From positions 928,001 through 992,000 of the forward strand of contig JASGHJ010000001.1 of assembly GCA_047602405.1 (NCBI GenBank): a stretch of DNA of 64,000 nucleotides, given 5' to 3'. Each line of letters starts with the position of its first letter. The stretch's first letter is position 1. The position numbers were made by a program, and so were the translations under genes. Source of the stretch: Anaeromyxobacteraceae bacterium (lineage in GTDB: Bacteria; Myxococcota; Myxococcia; Myxococcales; Anaeromyxobacteraceae). This document shows, one piece after another, positions 1-9,729 of this stretch. Below the pieces are notes generated by a model. That model was not told the origin of the DNA. It did no database searches and saw only the letters and a program-made list of their open reading frames with translations.

Positions 1-6
1 CGAGGC

Positions 7-1558
7 GTGTCCCAGACGACCTCGCTCTCGGTCCTCGTACCCGTCTACAACGAGCAGTTCCTGGTCTCGACCTCGCTCGAGCGGCTCCAGGTGCTCGAGA
101 CGTCCCCGCACCTCGACCGGGTCCAGATCGTCGTGGTCGACGACGCCTCCAGGGACCGCACCCAGGAGATCCTGAAGGGCTTCGCCGAGGCCCGCGGGGT
201 GAAGTGGCTGGACGCCCCCCCGGTCGCGGACGGCGTGCGCCTGCTCGGTCACGGCAAGCAGGGCAAGCTCGACTGGGTCTTCCTCCAGCACGTCCGGAAC
301 GGCGGCAAGGGCCGCGCGATCCGCACCGCGCTCGCCGAGGCCGACGCCGAGCTCACGGTCATCCACGACGCCGACCTCGAGTACCACCCGCGCGACCTCG
401 TCCGCATCGTGAAGGTCTTCGTCGAGGAGGGCGCCGACGCCGTCTTCGGCTCGCGCTTCGCCGGCGGCGAGGCCCGCCGCGCGCTCCTCTACCGGCACGA
501 GCTCGGCAACCGGCTCCTCACGTTCCTCACGAACCTCGTGACCAACGTGAACCTCACCGACATGGAGACCTGCTACAAGGCCGTCCGCACGCAGCTCTTC
601 AAGTCAATCCCCATCGTCTCGAACGACTTCCGCCTCGAGCCCGAGCTCACCATCAAGCTCGCGAAGCGCGAGGCCCGCATCTTCGAGATCCCCATCAGCT
701 ACTCGGGCCGCACCTACCAGGAGGGGAAGAAGAATCAACTGGAAGGACGGCGTGAAGGCGCTGCTCGCCATCCTCCGGTTCTGGATCTCCGACGAGGTCT
801 ACGCGAAGGACGAGTGGGGCTCGCACATCCTCGGCCGGATGGGGCGCGCGCCGCGCTTCAACGCCTGGATGGCCGACATCATCCGCCCGTACTGCGGCCA
901 GCGCGTCCTCGAGATCGGCAGCGGCACCGGCAACCTCACCCGCCGCCTCGTCCCGCGCACGGTCTACGTCGCCTCCGACGTGAACCCGCTCTACCTCCAG
1001 ACGCTCCGCGCGCTCACCGCGGACCGGCCCTACCTCGACGTCACGCTCACCGACGCCGCGAACGCGGGCAGCTACCCCGAGGTGCCGGGCGGCTTCGACA
1101 CGGTCATCTGCCTCAACGTGGTCGAGCACCTCGCCGACGACGTCGGCGCGCTCCGCAACATCCGCCGGGTGCTCTCGCCCACCGGCCGGGGCATCATCCT
1201 CGTGCCGCAGGGCCCCGACGCCTTCGGCACGCTCGACGAGGTCCTCGGGCACCACCGCCGCTACACCGAGCCGTCGCTCCGGGCGGTCGCGGCCGAGGCG
1301 GGCTTCGAGGTCGAGGAGCTGCTGACCTTCAACCGCATCGGCTCGGTCGCCTGGTGGCTGAACGGGAAGCTCCTGAAGCGCCGCTCGTTCGGGCTCGTGC
1401 AGATCTGGATGCTCAACGTGCTGACGCCGCTCTTCCGCCTCGTCGATCGCGCGCTGCCGTTCCCGCCGCTCTCGCTCATCGCGATCGTGAGGCCGAGGGC
1501 GGAGGCTTCCACCACGGGTGTTCGTCCGGAAGCTCCATCGGGAACCGGTACCCCGTGA
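7..1558 (+). pseudogene. Glycosyltransferase family 2 (DPM1-like) fused to a class I SAM methyltransferase, split by a +1 frameshift near 733 (true pseudogene or sequencing error)
   Basis: GT2 motifs PVYNE, VVVDD, DADLEY, TDMETCYK in ORF 7-. GAG GGG AAG AAG AAT CAA C has one extra A; removing it gives EGKKINWKDGVKAL and joins ORF 752..1558, which has the SAM motif VLEIGSGTG. Confidence 0.85.
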
Positions 1559-1748
1559 TCCTGCGGAAGAGCAGCCACGCCGCCACGACCACGAGCGTGC
1601 CGATCAGCAGCTTCAGGTAGTAGTTCGGATCGTTCGCCCCTCCGGGCCAGCCGCCAGGCGGCATCGGCTGCGTGGGAGAACGCTCGGGGTAGCGGGTCCA
1701 GGTCTGCGCGAGCGCGAAGGCGAACGCGCTCTGGAGGAGGGCGGGCAT
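1476..1748 (-). CDS. Small hypothetical membrane protein
   Basis: 90-aa ORF with hydrophobic N-terminus and a TM segment LLIGTLVVVAAWLLF; 3' end overlaps the convergent gene. Confidence 0.5.
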   Translation of the reverse strand: MPALLQSAFAFALAQTWTRYPERSPTQPMPPGGWPGGANDPNYYLKLLIGTLVVVAAWLLFRRITGYRFPMELPDEHPWWKPPPSASRSR

Positions 1749-1799
1749 CCGGGAGAAGCATGGCCACCGCGGGCGCCGGTCGCGACCCGCGTCGGGCGG

Positions 1800-2774
1800 C
1801 TACGTCCCGGTCCCGGCCCAGGGCCGCCGCACGCTGCGCGCCTCGGCGACCATGCCGGCGAGCCCGTCCTCGAGCGGCCGGCGGGGCTGCCAGCCCAGGA
1901 GCTCGGCCGCGCGGGTCGTGTCCATCACGAGCCGGTGGACCTCGCCGGGCCGGTAGCCGCGCAGGCCGTGCTGGATGAGCTTCGGGTTCGAGCCGACGAC
2001 CTCGAAGACCTTCCGCACGACCTCGCGGAGCGGGACGCCGACGCCGGTGCCCACGTTCACGATCGTCGGCACCCCGCCCGGCGGCGCGCGCACGGCGGCG
2101 GCCAGCACGGCCTCGGCCGCGTCGTCGACGTGCAGCCACTCGCGCTCCTGCTCGCCGAGCGTGGTCTCGTACGGCCGCCCGGCGCTCGCGGCGGCGAACG
2201 CGGCCGGCAGGAGCTTCCCGTCGTCGTCGCCCTCGCCCACGAGCGCCGAGAGGCGCAGGTACCAGGTCGCGAGCGCGCGCTCCCGCGCGAGCGCGCGGAG
2301 CAGGATGCCGCCCGCGGCCTTCGTGGCCCCGTAGCCGTCGCCCGTGTCGAGCGCCGCCACGTCCTCGCGGAGGAGCGGCGCGTCCGCCGGCGCGGGCTGG
2401 TCGGGCAGGCGGCCGTGGCCGGCGTACTCGAGGCAGGTGCCGGTCGCGACCAGGCGCTTCACGCCCGCGCGCGCCGCGGCCTCGACGAGCGCGACCGGCG
2501 CGAGCACGTTGACGCGCGCCATGTGCGCCCATCCCTGCTCGCGGCTCTGCACGCCGGCGGCGGCGAGGTGGATCACGGCGTCGGCGCCCGCGCAGAGCGT
2601 GGAGACCGCGTTCGCGTCCTCGAGGTTGCCGGGCACGATCCCGAGCGCGGGGTGCGGGGGCGGCAGCGCCTTGCCCGGGCGCACGAGCGCCCGGACCGCG
2701 TGGCCTGCGCCGAGCGCATGTGAGAGCACCCTCCGGCCGAGAAAGCCGGTTGCTCCGGTGACCGCGAGCCTCAT
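1800..2774 (-). CDS. NAD-dependent epimerase/dehydratase (extended SDR)
   Basis: VTGATGFLG Rossmann motif, HLAA, YGATK catalytic motif, VNVGTG. Confidence 0.9.
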   Translation of the reverse strand: MRLAVTGATGFLGRRVLSHALGAGHAVRALVRPGKALPPPHPALGIVPGNLEDANAVSTLCAGADAVIHLAAAGVQSREQGWAHMARVNVLAPVALVEAAARAGVKRLVATGTCLEYAGHGRLPDQPAPADAPLLREDVAALDTGDGYGATKAAGGILLRALARERALATWYLRLSALVGEGDDDGKLLPAAFAAASAGRPYETTLGEQEREWLHVDDAAEAVLAAAVRAPPGGVPTIVNVGTGVGVPLREVVRKVFEVVGSNPKLIQHGLRGYRPGEVHRLVMDTTRAAELLGWQPRRPLEDGLAGMVAEARSVRRPWAGTGT

Positions 2775-2884
2775 GAGATGCGCCGATGCTAGTGCGCGCG
2801 TCACATCCGCGATTTCCCACGGATCCTCGACGCCCGATCGGACCAGGGACGATGTCGGACCATGGGGGTGGATGGATCACACGA

Positions 2885-4141
2885 TCACGGCTGGCTCGCT
2901 CCCGGCGCGGTGGGCCACGGCTGCGACGCGCCGCGGAGGCCGGTGGCCGCGGTCTGGCGCAGGTACGCGCCCACGCCGCGGTAGGAGCCCAGCCTGCGCT
3001 CCGGCGCGACGACCTCGACGTCACCGCCCACCGCGAGCGTGCGGATCACGAGCGCCTCGGCGAGGTTCCGGAGCACGCGCAGCTCGCCCCCGCAGTACGG
3101 GCACTCCTCCTGGGTCTCCGCGTTCGCCCCGATCGCGTCGCACTGGCCGCACTCCCATCCGGTCCCGTCGAGGTCGGCGTGGAGCACGAGGCGGTGCACC
3201 CGCCGCTGGTTCACGGCGGTCACGACGTCCGCCGGGCCGATCACCGCGAGGCGTCCCCGGAGCGCCTCGCCGACGAGGTGCTCGACGAGCTGGGTCTCCT
3301 GCCCGCGCTCGTGGGCGGTCACCGCCTGCGTCGCGTTCTCGACGACGCCGGTCCGCTGCTGCCCGGCGTCGGACACCCACGCGCGCGGTCGCGCGAGCCG
3401 CGCGACGACCCGCTCCTTCAGGCGCTGCGGGAGCTCGCGCTCGAACGCCGCGACGTTCTCGGCGGTGCCGACGAGCACGACCGCCGCCGCCGGCGCCCGA
3501 TCGAAGCGCACCGTCGCCTCGCGCGCGGCGGCCTGCAGGTTCCTCCGGATGACGCTCCGCTCGCGGCGCTCGTCCTTGGCCTCGCGATCGTAGTGGCGGC
3601 CGGGCTTGCCGGTCCCGGCGTTGACCTTCTCGCCGTCGCTCCGGGGGACCTCGCCGCGCAGCGACGCCTCGGCGGCGAGCTCGCCGAGCGACACCTCGTA
3701 CAGATCCGCGCCCTGCGCGCTCGCCACCACCACGATCGCCGGCGCGAAGTCGTCGCGCAGCCGCGCGAGCTGGAGCAGGTGCGGGAAGCCGTCGACCTCG
3801 AGCGCGTCCTCGAGGGGCAGCCTCACGAGGAGCGGCCGCCACAGGCCGATCGCGCCGCACGCGAACAGCGCGAGCCCCTGCGCCTCCGGCCAGGCGGTCG
3901 CGGCGGTGAGGCCGTCGACGTGCGCGGTCACCCGCTCGAGCGTGCGGCGGAGCCCGTCCATGCCGGGCGCATCGGGCAGGGTGTGGTCGAGCGCCCGCCG
4001 CGCGCCGGCACGGACGCCGTCGCGCACGCGGTCGCGCGCCCGCTCGTCGGTGAAGCGGAGGTCGAGGTAGAGGCTCACCACGGGCTCGGCGGTGCTGCGG
4101 AGGCGGGAGAGCTCCGAGAGCTCGCGCTCGAGATCGATCAT
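2885..4141 (-). CDS. Bacterial aeRF1/pelota-like (baeRF) protein with zinc ribbon
   Basis: PVVSLYLD start, GLALFAC, VVLVG, CGQC...CPYCGG ribbon, C-terminal GVGAYLR; SD AGGAGG before ATG 4141. Confidence 0.8.
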   Translation of the reverse strand: MIDLERELSELSRLRSTAEPVVSLYLDLRFTDERARDRVRDGVRAGARRALDHTLPDAPGMDGLRRTLERVTAHVDGLTAATAWPEAQGLALFACGAIGLWRPLLVRLPLEDALEVDGFPHLLQLARLRDDFAPAIVVVASAQGADLYEVSLGELAAEASLRGEVPRSDGEKVNAGTGKPGRHYDREAKDERRERSVIRRNLQAAAREATVRFDRAPAAAVVLVGTAENVAAFERELPQRLKERVVARLARPRAWVSDAGQQRTGVVENATQAVTAHERGQETQLVEHLVGEALRGRLAVIGPADVVTAVNQRRVHRLVLHADLDGTGWECGQCDAIGANAETQEECPYCGGELRVLRNLAEALVIRTLAVGGDVEVVAPERRLGSYRGVGAYLRQTAATGLRGASQPWPTAPGASQP

Positions 4142-4169
4142 GCGGTCCTCCTGAGGTGAAGGGGTGTCC

Positions 4170-4223
4170 CTCATCCTTCGACTCCGGCCTGCCTTCGGCA
4201 GGCCTACGCTCAGGATGAGCGGG
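4170..4223 (+). repeat. Palindromic REP-like element, copy A (intergenic); partial second 3' end at ~4237-4253
   Basis: CTCATCCT-TCGACTCC-GGCCTGCC-TTC-GGCAGGCC-TACGCTC-AGGATGAG-CGGG: nested inverted repeats; related copies elsewhere in window. Confidence 0.85.
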
Positions 4224-4312
4224 GTTTGATGGGCCCACGCTCAGGACGAACGGTGGATCCGGCCGGGTAGAGCGTTGCCCTCCCCGCCTGGCCGGGTTAC
4301 ATCCGCGCCGCC

Positions 4313-5248
4313 GTGGCCCTCCTCGACGCGCTCCGCGCCTGCACCTCGTTCACGCCGCCCCCGGCCATGCCGGAGTGCGACCTCGCCGTGCTCGCCGACG
4401 TCCTCGAGGCGCACGGGCTCGCGCCGCTCGCCTCCTACCAGGTCGAGCACACGCGCCTCGGCGCCGGGCTGCCCGCCGGCTTCCGGGAGCGGCTCCTCGG
4501 CAACTACCAGGGTGTCGCGAACGACACGATGCTCAAGTTCGTCACGCTGCGCGGCATGCTGAAGGACGTGGCCGCGGGCGCGCCGGACGTGCAGGTCGTG
4601 CTCCTCGACGCCGCGGCGTACGTCGACTGGCTCTACCCGCACCTCGCGTTCCGGCCGGTGGGCGAGCTGAGGCTCGCGGTGCGCGGCCGCGACGGCGCCG
4701 CGTTCGCGCAGGCGATCGCCGGCGCCGGCTGGAAGGTCGCGCGCACCGAGCACGAAGGGCGCGTCGCCGTGCTCTCGGACGGCCGGCTGTCGGTGACGCT
4801 GCAGGAGGGGCTCTGGGCCGGCGGCCGGGAGGACGAGGCCCTCTACGCGCGCGCGACGCCCACGCCGGTGTTCGGCCCGCGCGCGGGGCGGCCCGCCCCG
4901 GAGGAGGCGCTGCTCGCGACGGTGGCGGATCAGGCGGAGCTCGGGCTCCTCGCGCCGCTCCTCACCTACGTCGACCTGCGCGAGCTCGTGCGCCTCGCGC
5001 CCGACCCGGCCCACGTGAAGGCGCGGGCGGAGGCGCTCGGCCTCTCGCGCGCCCTGCGCGGCGCGCTCGAGATCGCGGCCTGGTTCTTCCCGGAGATCGC
5101 CGAGGGCGCCGCGCTCCTCGCGCCGGGGCTCGGCGCCGCCGAGCGGGTCGCGGTCGAGCGCCTCGTCGAGGCCGCGAAGGATCCGACCCGCCTGCGCCTC
5201 GTACGCGGCGTGGATGCGCTCGCCCGCAGGGTGGTGGCGCCGGGGTAG
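4313..5248 (+). CDS. Nucleotidyltransferase-family (NTP_transf_5-like) protein with degenerate motifs
   Basis: HGLAPL, LYPHLAFRPVGELRLAV resembles the family segment LYP..xRxxxDxDLLV. Confidence 0.65.
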   Translation: MALLDALRACTSFTPPPAMPECDLAVLADVLEAHGLAPLASYQVEHTRLGAGLPAGFRERLLGNYQGVANDTMLKFVTLRGMLKDVAAGAPDVQVVLLDAAAYVDWLYPHLAFRPVGELRLAVRGRDGAAFAQAIAGAGWKVARTEHEGRVAVLSDGRLSVTLQEGLWAGGREDEALYARATPTPVFGPRAGRPAPEEALLATVADQAELGLLAPLLTYVDLRELVRLAPDPAHVKARAEALGLSRALRGALEIAAWFFPEIAEGAALLAPGLGAAERVAVERLVEAAKDPTRLRLVRGVDALARRVVAPG

Positions 5249-5395
5249 GTCCGCGCGCCGGGCGAAGCGCCCGACATCCGGGCGGTTTCTCCGCGTGTGG
5301 GCAGGGGTGCGCGACGGACCGGGCGTCCTTGGGATCGGGGGTGCCTCCGGGTCCGGTGCTGGGCTACATTCCGGCGCTCTCGGAGGAGATACCCA

Positions 5396-6700
5396 GTGAA
5401 GATCGCAGTCGTCGGCACCGGCTACGTCGGCCTCGTCACCGGTACCTGCTTCGCGGAGTCGGGCCACACCGTCACCTGCCTCGACGTCGACGAGAAGAAG
5501 ATCGCGACGCTCCGCGCGGGCGGCATCCCGATCTACGAGCCGGGCCTCGAGGAGCTGGTCCGCCGCAACGCGAAGGACGGCCGCCTCAAGTTCTCGACCT
5601 CCTACTCGGACTCGGTCCCCGACGCCGAGATCGTCTTCATCGCGGTCGGCACGCCGCCCGGCGAGAACGGCGAGGCGGATCTCCAGTACGTCCTCGCCGC
5701 CGCGAAGCAGATCGGCGAGCACCTCGGCCGGTACACCGTCATCGTCGACAAGAGCACCGTGCCGGTGGGCTCGGGCGACAAGGTCGCCGAGGCCGTCCGG
5801 GCGGTGTCGAAGCACCCGTTCGACGTGGTCTCGAACCCCGAGTTCCTGAAGGAAGGGGCCGCGATCGACGACTTCATGCGCCCCGACCGCGTCGTGGTCG
5901 GCGTCGCGTCCGAGAAGGCGAAGGCCATCATGGCCGAGCTCTACGCGCCGTTCGTCCGCGCGGAGCAGCCGATCCTCTTCATGGACATCCGCTCGGCCGA
6001 GCTCACGAAGTACGCCGCGAACGCGATGCTCGCGACCCGCATCTCGTTCATGAACGAGATGGCGACCCTCTGCGAGCGGCTCGGCGCCGACGTCGACCAG
6101 GTCCGCCGCGGCATCGGCTCGGACCGGCGCATCGGCCACCCGTTCCTCTTCCCGGGCGTCGGGTTCGGCGGCTCCTGCTTCCCGAAGGACGTGCAGGCCG
6201 TGATGACGATGGCCCGCCACGTCGGCCTCGACTTCGACCTCCTCCGCGCCGTCGAGCGCGTGAACGAGCGCCAGAAGCGCTGGATGGTGGAGAAGGTGCT
6301 GAGGCACTTCGGCAGGATCTCCGGCAAGCGCATCGCGGTCTGGGGGCTCGCGTTCAAGCCCAAGACCGACGACATGCGCGAGGCGCCGGCGATCACGATC
6401 ATCGAGGGGCTCGCCGGCAACGGCGCCTCGGTGAAGGCGCACGACCCGGTCGCGATGGACGTCGCGCGCAAGCTCCTCGGGTCGCACGTCGAGATGGCGG
6501 CCGACCCGTACGCCGCCGCCGAGGGCGCCGACGCGCTCTGCCTCGTGACGGAGTGGAACGAGTTCCGCCAGCCGGACCTCGCCCGCCTCAAGGCCACGAT
6601 GCGGACGCCGGTGCTGTTCGACGGCCGGAACGTCTGGGACGCCGCGAAGGCCCGCGCCGCGGGCTTCACGTACTACGGCGTGGGGCGCAACGGCGTCTAG
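5396..6700 (+). CDS. ugd: UDP-glucose 6-dehydrogenase
   Basis: VVGTGYVG, IAVGTP, KSTVP, SNPEFLKEG, GFGGSCFPKD, GLAFKPKTDDMRE; SD GGAGG before GTG 5396. Confidence 0.95.
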   Translation: MKIAVVGTGYVGLVTGTCFAESGHTVTCLDVDEKKIATLRAGGIPIYEPGLEELVRRNAKDGRLKFSTSYSDSVPDAEIVFIAVGTPPGENGEADLQYVLAAAKQIGEHLGRYTVIVDKSTVPVGSGDKVAEAVRAVSKHPFDVVSNPEFLKEGAAIDDFMRPDRVVVGVASEKAKAIMAELYAPFVRAEQPILFMDIRSAELTKYAANAMLATRISFMNEMATLCERLGADVDQVRRGIGSDRRIGHPFLFPGVGFGGSCFPKDVQAVMTMARHVGLDFDLLRAVERVNERQKRWMVEKVLRHFGRISGKRIAVWGLAFKPKTDDMREAPAITIIEGLAGNGASVKAHDPVAMDVARKLLGSHVEMAADPYAAAEGADALCLVTEWNEFRQPDLARLKATMRTPVLFDGRNVWDAAKARAAGFTYYGVGRNGV

Positions 6701-8040
6701 GCCACGGGCGCGAGCTTCAGCGCCGCGAGCTCCACCGGGATCCGCCGCACGAGGTCGGCCGGGTCGGGCATGACCGCCACGTCCGCGCGCGCGCCGACCC
6801 TGAGCTCGCCCGCGTAGCTCAGGATCGACACGCCGAGGCCGAGCCGCGCCGGGTGCGGCACGCAGAACTGCACCCGCTTCAAGAGGTGCCCCGCCACGTG
6901 CAGCGGCTGGCGCGGGCCGGGTACGTTCGTCACCACGAGCGACGCCTTCGAGCTGAAGAACTCGAGCAGGGCGCTCTCGACCGGCGCGGGCAGGTGGCCG
7001 ATGGCGGAGAGCACGCCGTAGGTCGCGACCGCGTCGTGGCTCGCCTTCAGCGCCGCGACCCGCTCCTGCACGGCGGCGATCCGCGCGGCCGGGTCGGGGA
7101 GGTGGACCGGGAGGTCGAGGAACACGAGCCCGAAGCAGTTGCCCATCGCGCCGTCGAGCTGGGCGGGGAGCTGGGGCCGCAGGTTCACCGGCACGAGCGC
7201 GCGCAGCCCGAGGCCGTCCACCGCCTGCCCGCGCGCGGCGAGGTGGCTGCGCAGCGCGCCCGCGAGCGCGGCGAGCACGACGTCGTTCACGGTCGCGCCG
7301 AACCCGCGGGCGAGCGCCCTGAGCTCGAGCAGCTTCAGCCCGCGCGACCAGGCGGTGCGCCGCCTCCCGGAGAGCGTGGCCGAGAGCGGCGTCGGGGGAT
7401 CGGCGGGCAGCGCCGCCATCCGCGCCACCGACCTGCCGAACTTGGCCCCGGTGCCGGCGAGCGCGTAGGCGCGGGCGCGGTCGCCGAACGCGGCGAGGAG
7501 CGCGGGGGCGAGGCCGCCCTCGGGGCGGAGCTCCTTGAACGACGCGATCTTGCGCGGTGGAGGCGGCGGCTCGCTCGCGGCGAGCTCGTCGGCGAACGAG
7601 AGGAGGAGGCCCACGAGCGCGAAGCCGTCGGCGATGCAGTGGTGGAGCTTCGCGACGATGGCGGAGCCGCCGCCCTTGCCGTGGAGGACGTACGCGCGCC
7701 AGAGCGGGTGCTCGGGGTCGAGCGCCTCGGACGCCACCTCGCCGGCGAAGCGGTCGAGCATGCGCGAGACCTGCCCGTCCACGCGCTTCAGGACGAGGTG
7801 GCGCGAGAGCTGGAAGTCGGGGTCCGGCTCCCACGTGGCGAGGCCGAGCGGGCCGGCGTGCACCACGCGCTGCACGAAGCGCGGGCGGGCGGTGACCCGC
7901 TCCTCCACGAGCCGCTGCACCGCCTTGAACGGGATGCGGTCCTCGAAGAGCATCGCCGCGACGACGTCGGCGGTGTTCTCCGGCCGGTCCATGTGGAGCC
8001 AGGCGGCGTCCACGCCGGTCATGAGCTCGCGGTCGGGCAC
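6697..8040 (-). CDS. Wax ester synthase / diacylglycerol acyltransferase (WS/DGAT)
   Basis: DAAWLHMD start, HHCIADG (HHxxxDG), TVNDV, PVNLR, TNVPGP, SYAG. Confidence 0.92.
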   Translation of the reverse strand: MPDRELMTGVDAAWLHMDRPENTADVVAAMLFEDRIPFKAVQRLVEERVTARPRFVQRVVHAGPLGLATWEPDPDFQLSRHLVLKRVDGQVSRMLDRFAGEVASEALDPEHPLWRAYVLHGKGGGSAIVAKLHHCIADGFALVGLLLSFADELAASEPPPPPRKIASFKELRPEGGLAPALLAAFGDRARAYALAGTGAKFGRSVARMAALPADPPTPLSATLSGRRRTAWSRGLKLLELRALARGFGATVNDVVLAALAGALRSHLAARGQAVDGLGLRALVPVNLRPQLPAQLDGAMGNCFGLVFLDLPVHLPDPAARIAAVQERVAALKASHDAVATYGVLSAIGHLPAPVESALLEFFSSKASLVVTNVPGPRQPLHVAGHLLKRVQFCVPHPARLGLGVSILSYAGELRVGARADVAVMPDPADLVRRIPVELAALKLAPVA

Positions 8041-8049
8041 GGCTCCAGC

Positions 8050-9014
8050 CTAGCGCGGCCGCGCGGTGCGACCCCGGGGCCGTCTGCCGCGCTCCCTCCG
8101 GGACGGGTCCGGCGCGAGGATGCCCAGCCTGGCCGCCTGCGTTCGGAGCGCGTCCACGAGCGCCACCGCGGCGGGCGAGAGCGGCACCGACCGGCGCCGC
8201 CGCACGAGCGCGCTCCCGCGCCTCAGCGGGGCGAGGTCCCGGGTGCCGAGCGCGACCAGGTCTCCCCGCGCGAGGTCGTCGGCGACGTAGGTGCGCGTGA
8301 AGAACCCCGCCCCGACGCCGGAGACGAGGAGCTGGCGGGCGGTCTCCATGGGGAGGTCCTGGCTCGCCCCGGCGCGCTCGGCGATGCGGTTCACCTCCGG
8401 GGCGTGCGCCTTCCACCAGCGCAGCCGGATGAACGGGCGCGCCTCCGCGGCGAGCTCCGCCTGCGTCACCGCCCCCCGGCGCGCGAGCGGGTGCCCCGGC
8501 CCCACCACGAGGGGGACCTCCTCCCGGAAGGCGAGGAGCGGCGTGAGCTCGACGGTCTCGGCCTCCGCGCAGGCCAGACCAGGATCCCGAGCTCGGCGAG
8601 CCCGTCCACGAGGTGCTCGACGACGAGCTCGTGGTGGCCGGAGCGCACCGTGAGGTCCACCTCCGGCCGCTCGCGCAGGAACGCGGCGACCGCGGGGCCC
8701 ACGAGGCCGCCCGCGAGCGAGCCGAGCGCGGCGAGGCGGACCTTGCCGCGGTGGCCGGTCTGCGCGAGGCGGGCCGCGTCGAGCCCCTCGCCGACGATCT
8801 CGAGCGCGCGCCGCGCGTGGGGCAGCAGCGCCTCGCCGAGCGCGGTGAGCGTGACCCGGCGCCCGCGCGTGAAGAGCGCGCCGCCCACCTCGGCCTCGAG
8901 GGCCTGCACCCGCGCCGAGACGGTGGACTGCTGCACGCCGAGCGCGAGCGCGGCCCGGCCGAAGCCGCCCTCCCGGACGATCCGCTCGAAGGCGGCGAGG
9001 TGCTCGAGGTTCAC
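8050..9014 (-). pseudogene. LysR-family regulator with a 1-nt deletion frameshift near 8573
   Basis: HTH GFGRAALALGVQQSTVSARVQALEAEVG in ORF 8466..9062; substrate-binding domain continues in the 8050 frame (LAFREEVPLVVGPGHPLA). TGG CC TGC GCG lacks one base. Confidence 0.85.
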
Positions 9015-9026
9015 GCGCGCTCCACG

Positions 9027-9047
9027 TCCATCGGCTTTCTCGATGGA
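9027..9047. promoter_or_regulatory. LysR-type operator (T-N11-A inside an inverted repeat)
   Basis: TCCATCG-N7-CGATGGA, T9031 to A9043, between divergent LysR and GNAT genes. Confidence 0.7.
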
Positions 9048-9102
9048 TGATACACGTACCATCGCCTCGATCCGAGAGGCCCGGCACGGCTACGCTGCCG
9101 TC

Positions 9103-9720
9103 ATGAGCCCTGCCGCTTCGACCGCCCTCCGCCTCCGCCTCGCGACCGAGGCCGACGCCCCCGCGGTGGCCGACATCTACCGCCCCGCCGTGACCGACGG
9201 CTGGATCTCGTTCGAGACCGAGCCGCCGGACGCCGCCGAGATGGCCGGCCGCATCCGCGGGGTGCTCGCGCTCATGCCCTGGCTCGTCTGCGAGCGGGCC
9301 TCCGACGGCCTCGTCGTCGGCTACGCCTACGCCTCCCGCCACCGCGAGCGGGCCGCCTACCGGTTCTCGGTGGACCTCGCGGTCTACGTCCGCGACGGGT
9401 GGCGCGGGAAGGGCATCGGCCGCGCGCTCTACGACGCGCTCCTGCCGATGCTGCGCGCGCAGGGCTACCGCGCGGCGCACGCGGGCGTCTCGATGCCGAA
9501 CCCCGGCAGCGTGGCGCTGCACGAGGCGATCGGGATGCGGCGCATCGCGCTCTACCCGAAGGTCGGCTTCAAGCTCGGCGGCTGGCGCGACGTCGGCTGG
9601 TGGCAGGTGGAGCTCCTGCCCCGCGAGGGCGAGCCGTCCGAGCCGCGCTCCTTGCGGGCGCTCCTCGAGGACCCGGCGTTCCGGGCCGCGCTGCGCGAGG
9701 GCGAGCGGCGGCTCGGGTGA
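9103..9720 (+). CDS. GNAT N-acetyltransferase (phosphinothricin/methionine-sulfoximine acetyltransferase-like)
   Basis: ISFETEPP, GYAYAS, RGKGIG, NPGSVALHE, VGFKLGGWRDVGWWQ. Confidence 0.9.
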   Translation: MSPAASTALRLRLATEADAPAVADIYRPAVTDGWISFETEPPDAAEMAGRIRGVLALMPWLVCERASDGLVVGYAYASRHRERAAYRFSVDLAVYVRDGWRGKGIGRALYDALLPMLRAQGYRAAHAGVSMPNPGSVALHEAIGMRRIALYPKVGFKLGGWRDVGWWQVELLPREGEPSEPRSLRALLEDPAFRAALREGERRLG

Positions 9721-9729
9721 CGCGCCGGC

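Noticed and set aside
4375..9720. 1781-aa ORF as a giant fusion
   Set aside because: Only the last 205 aa (from ATG 9103) look like protein; the same applies to the N-extensions of 39921..43613, 42077..45112, 46207..48672, 58200..60680 and 60710..63448.
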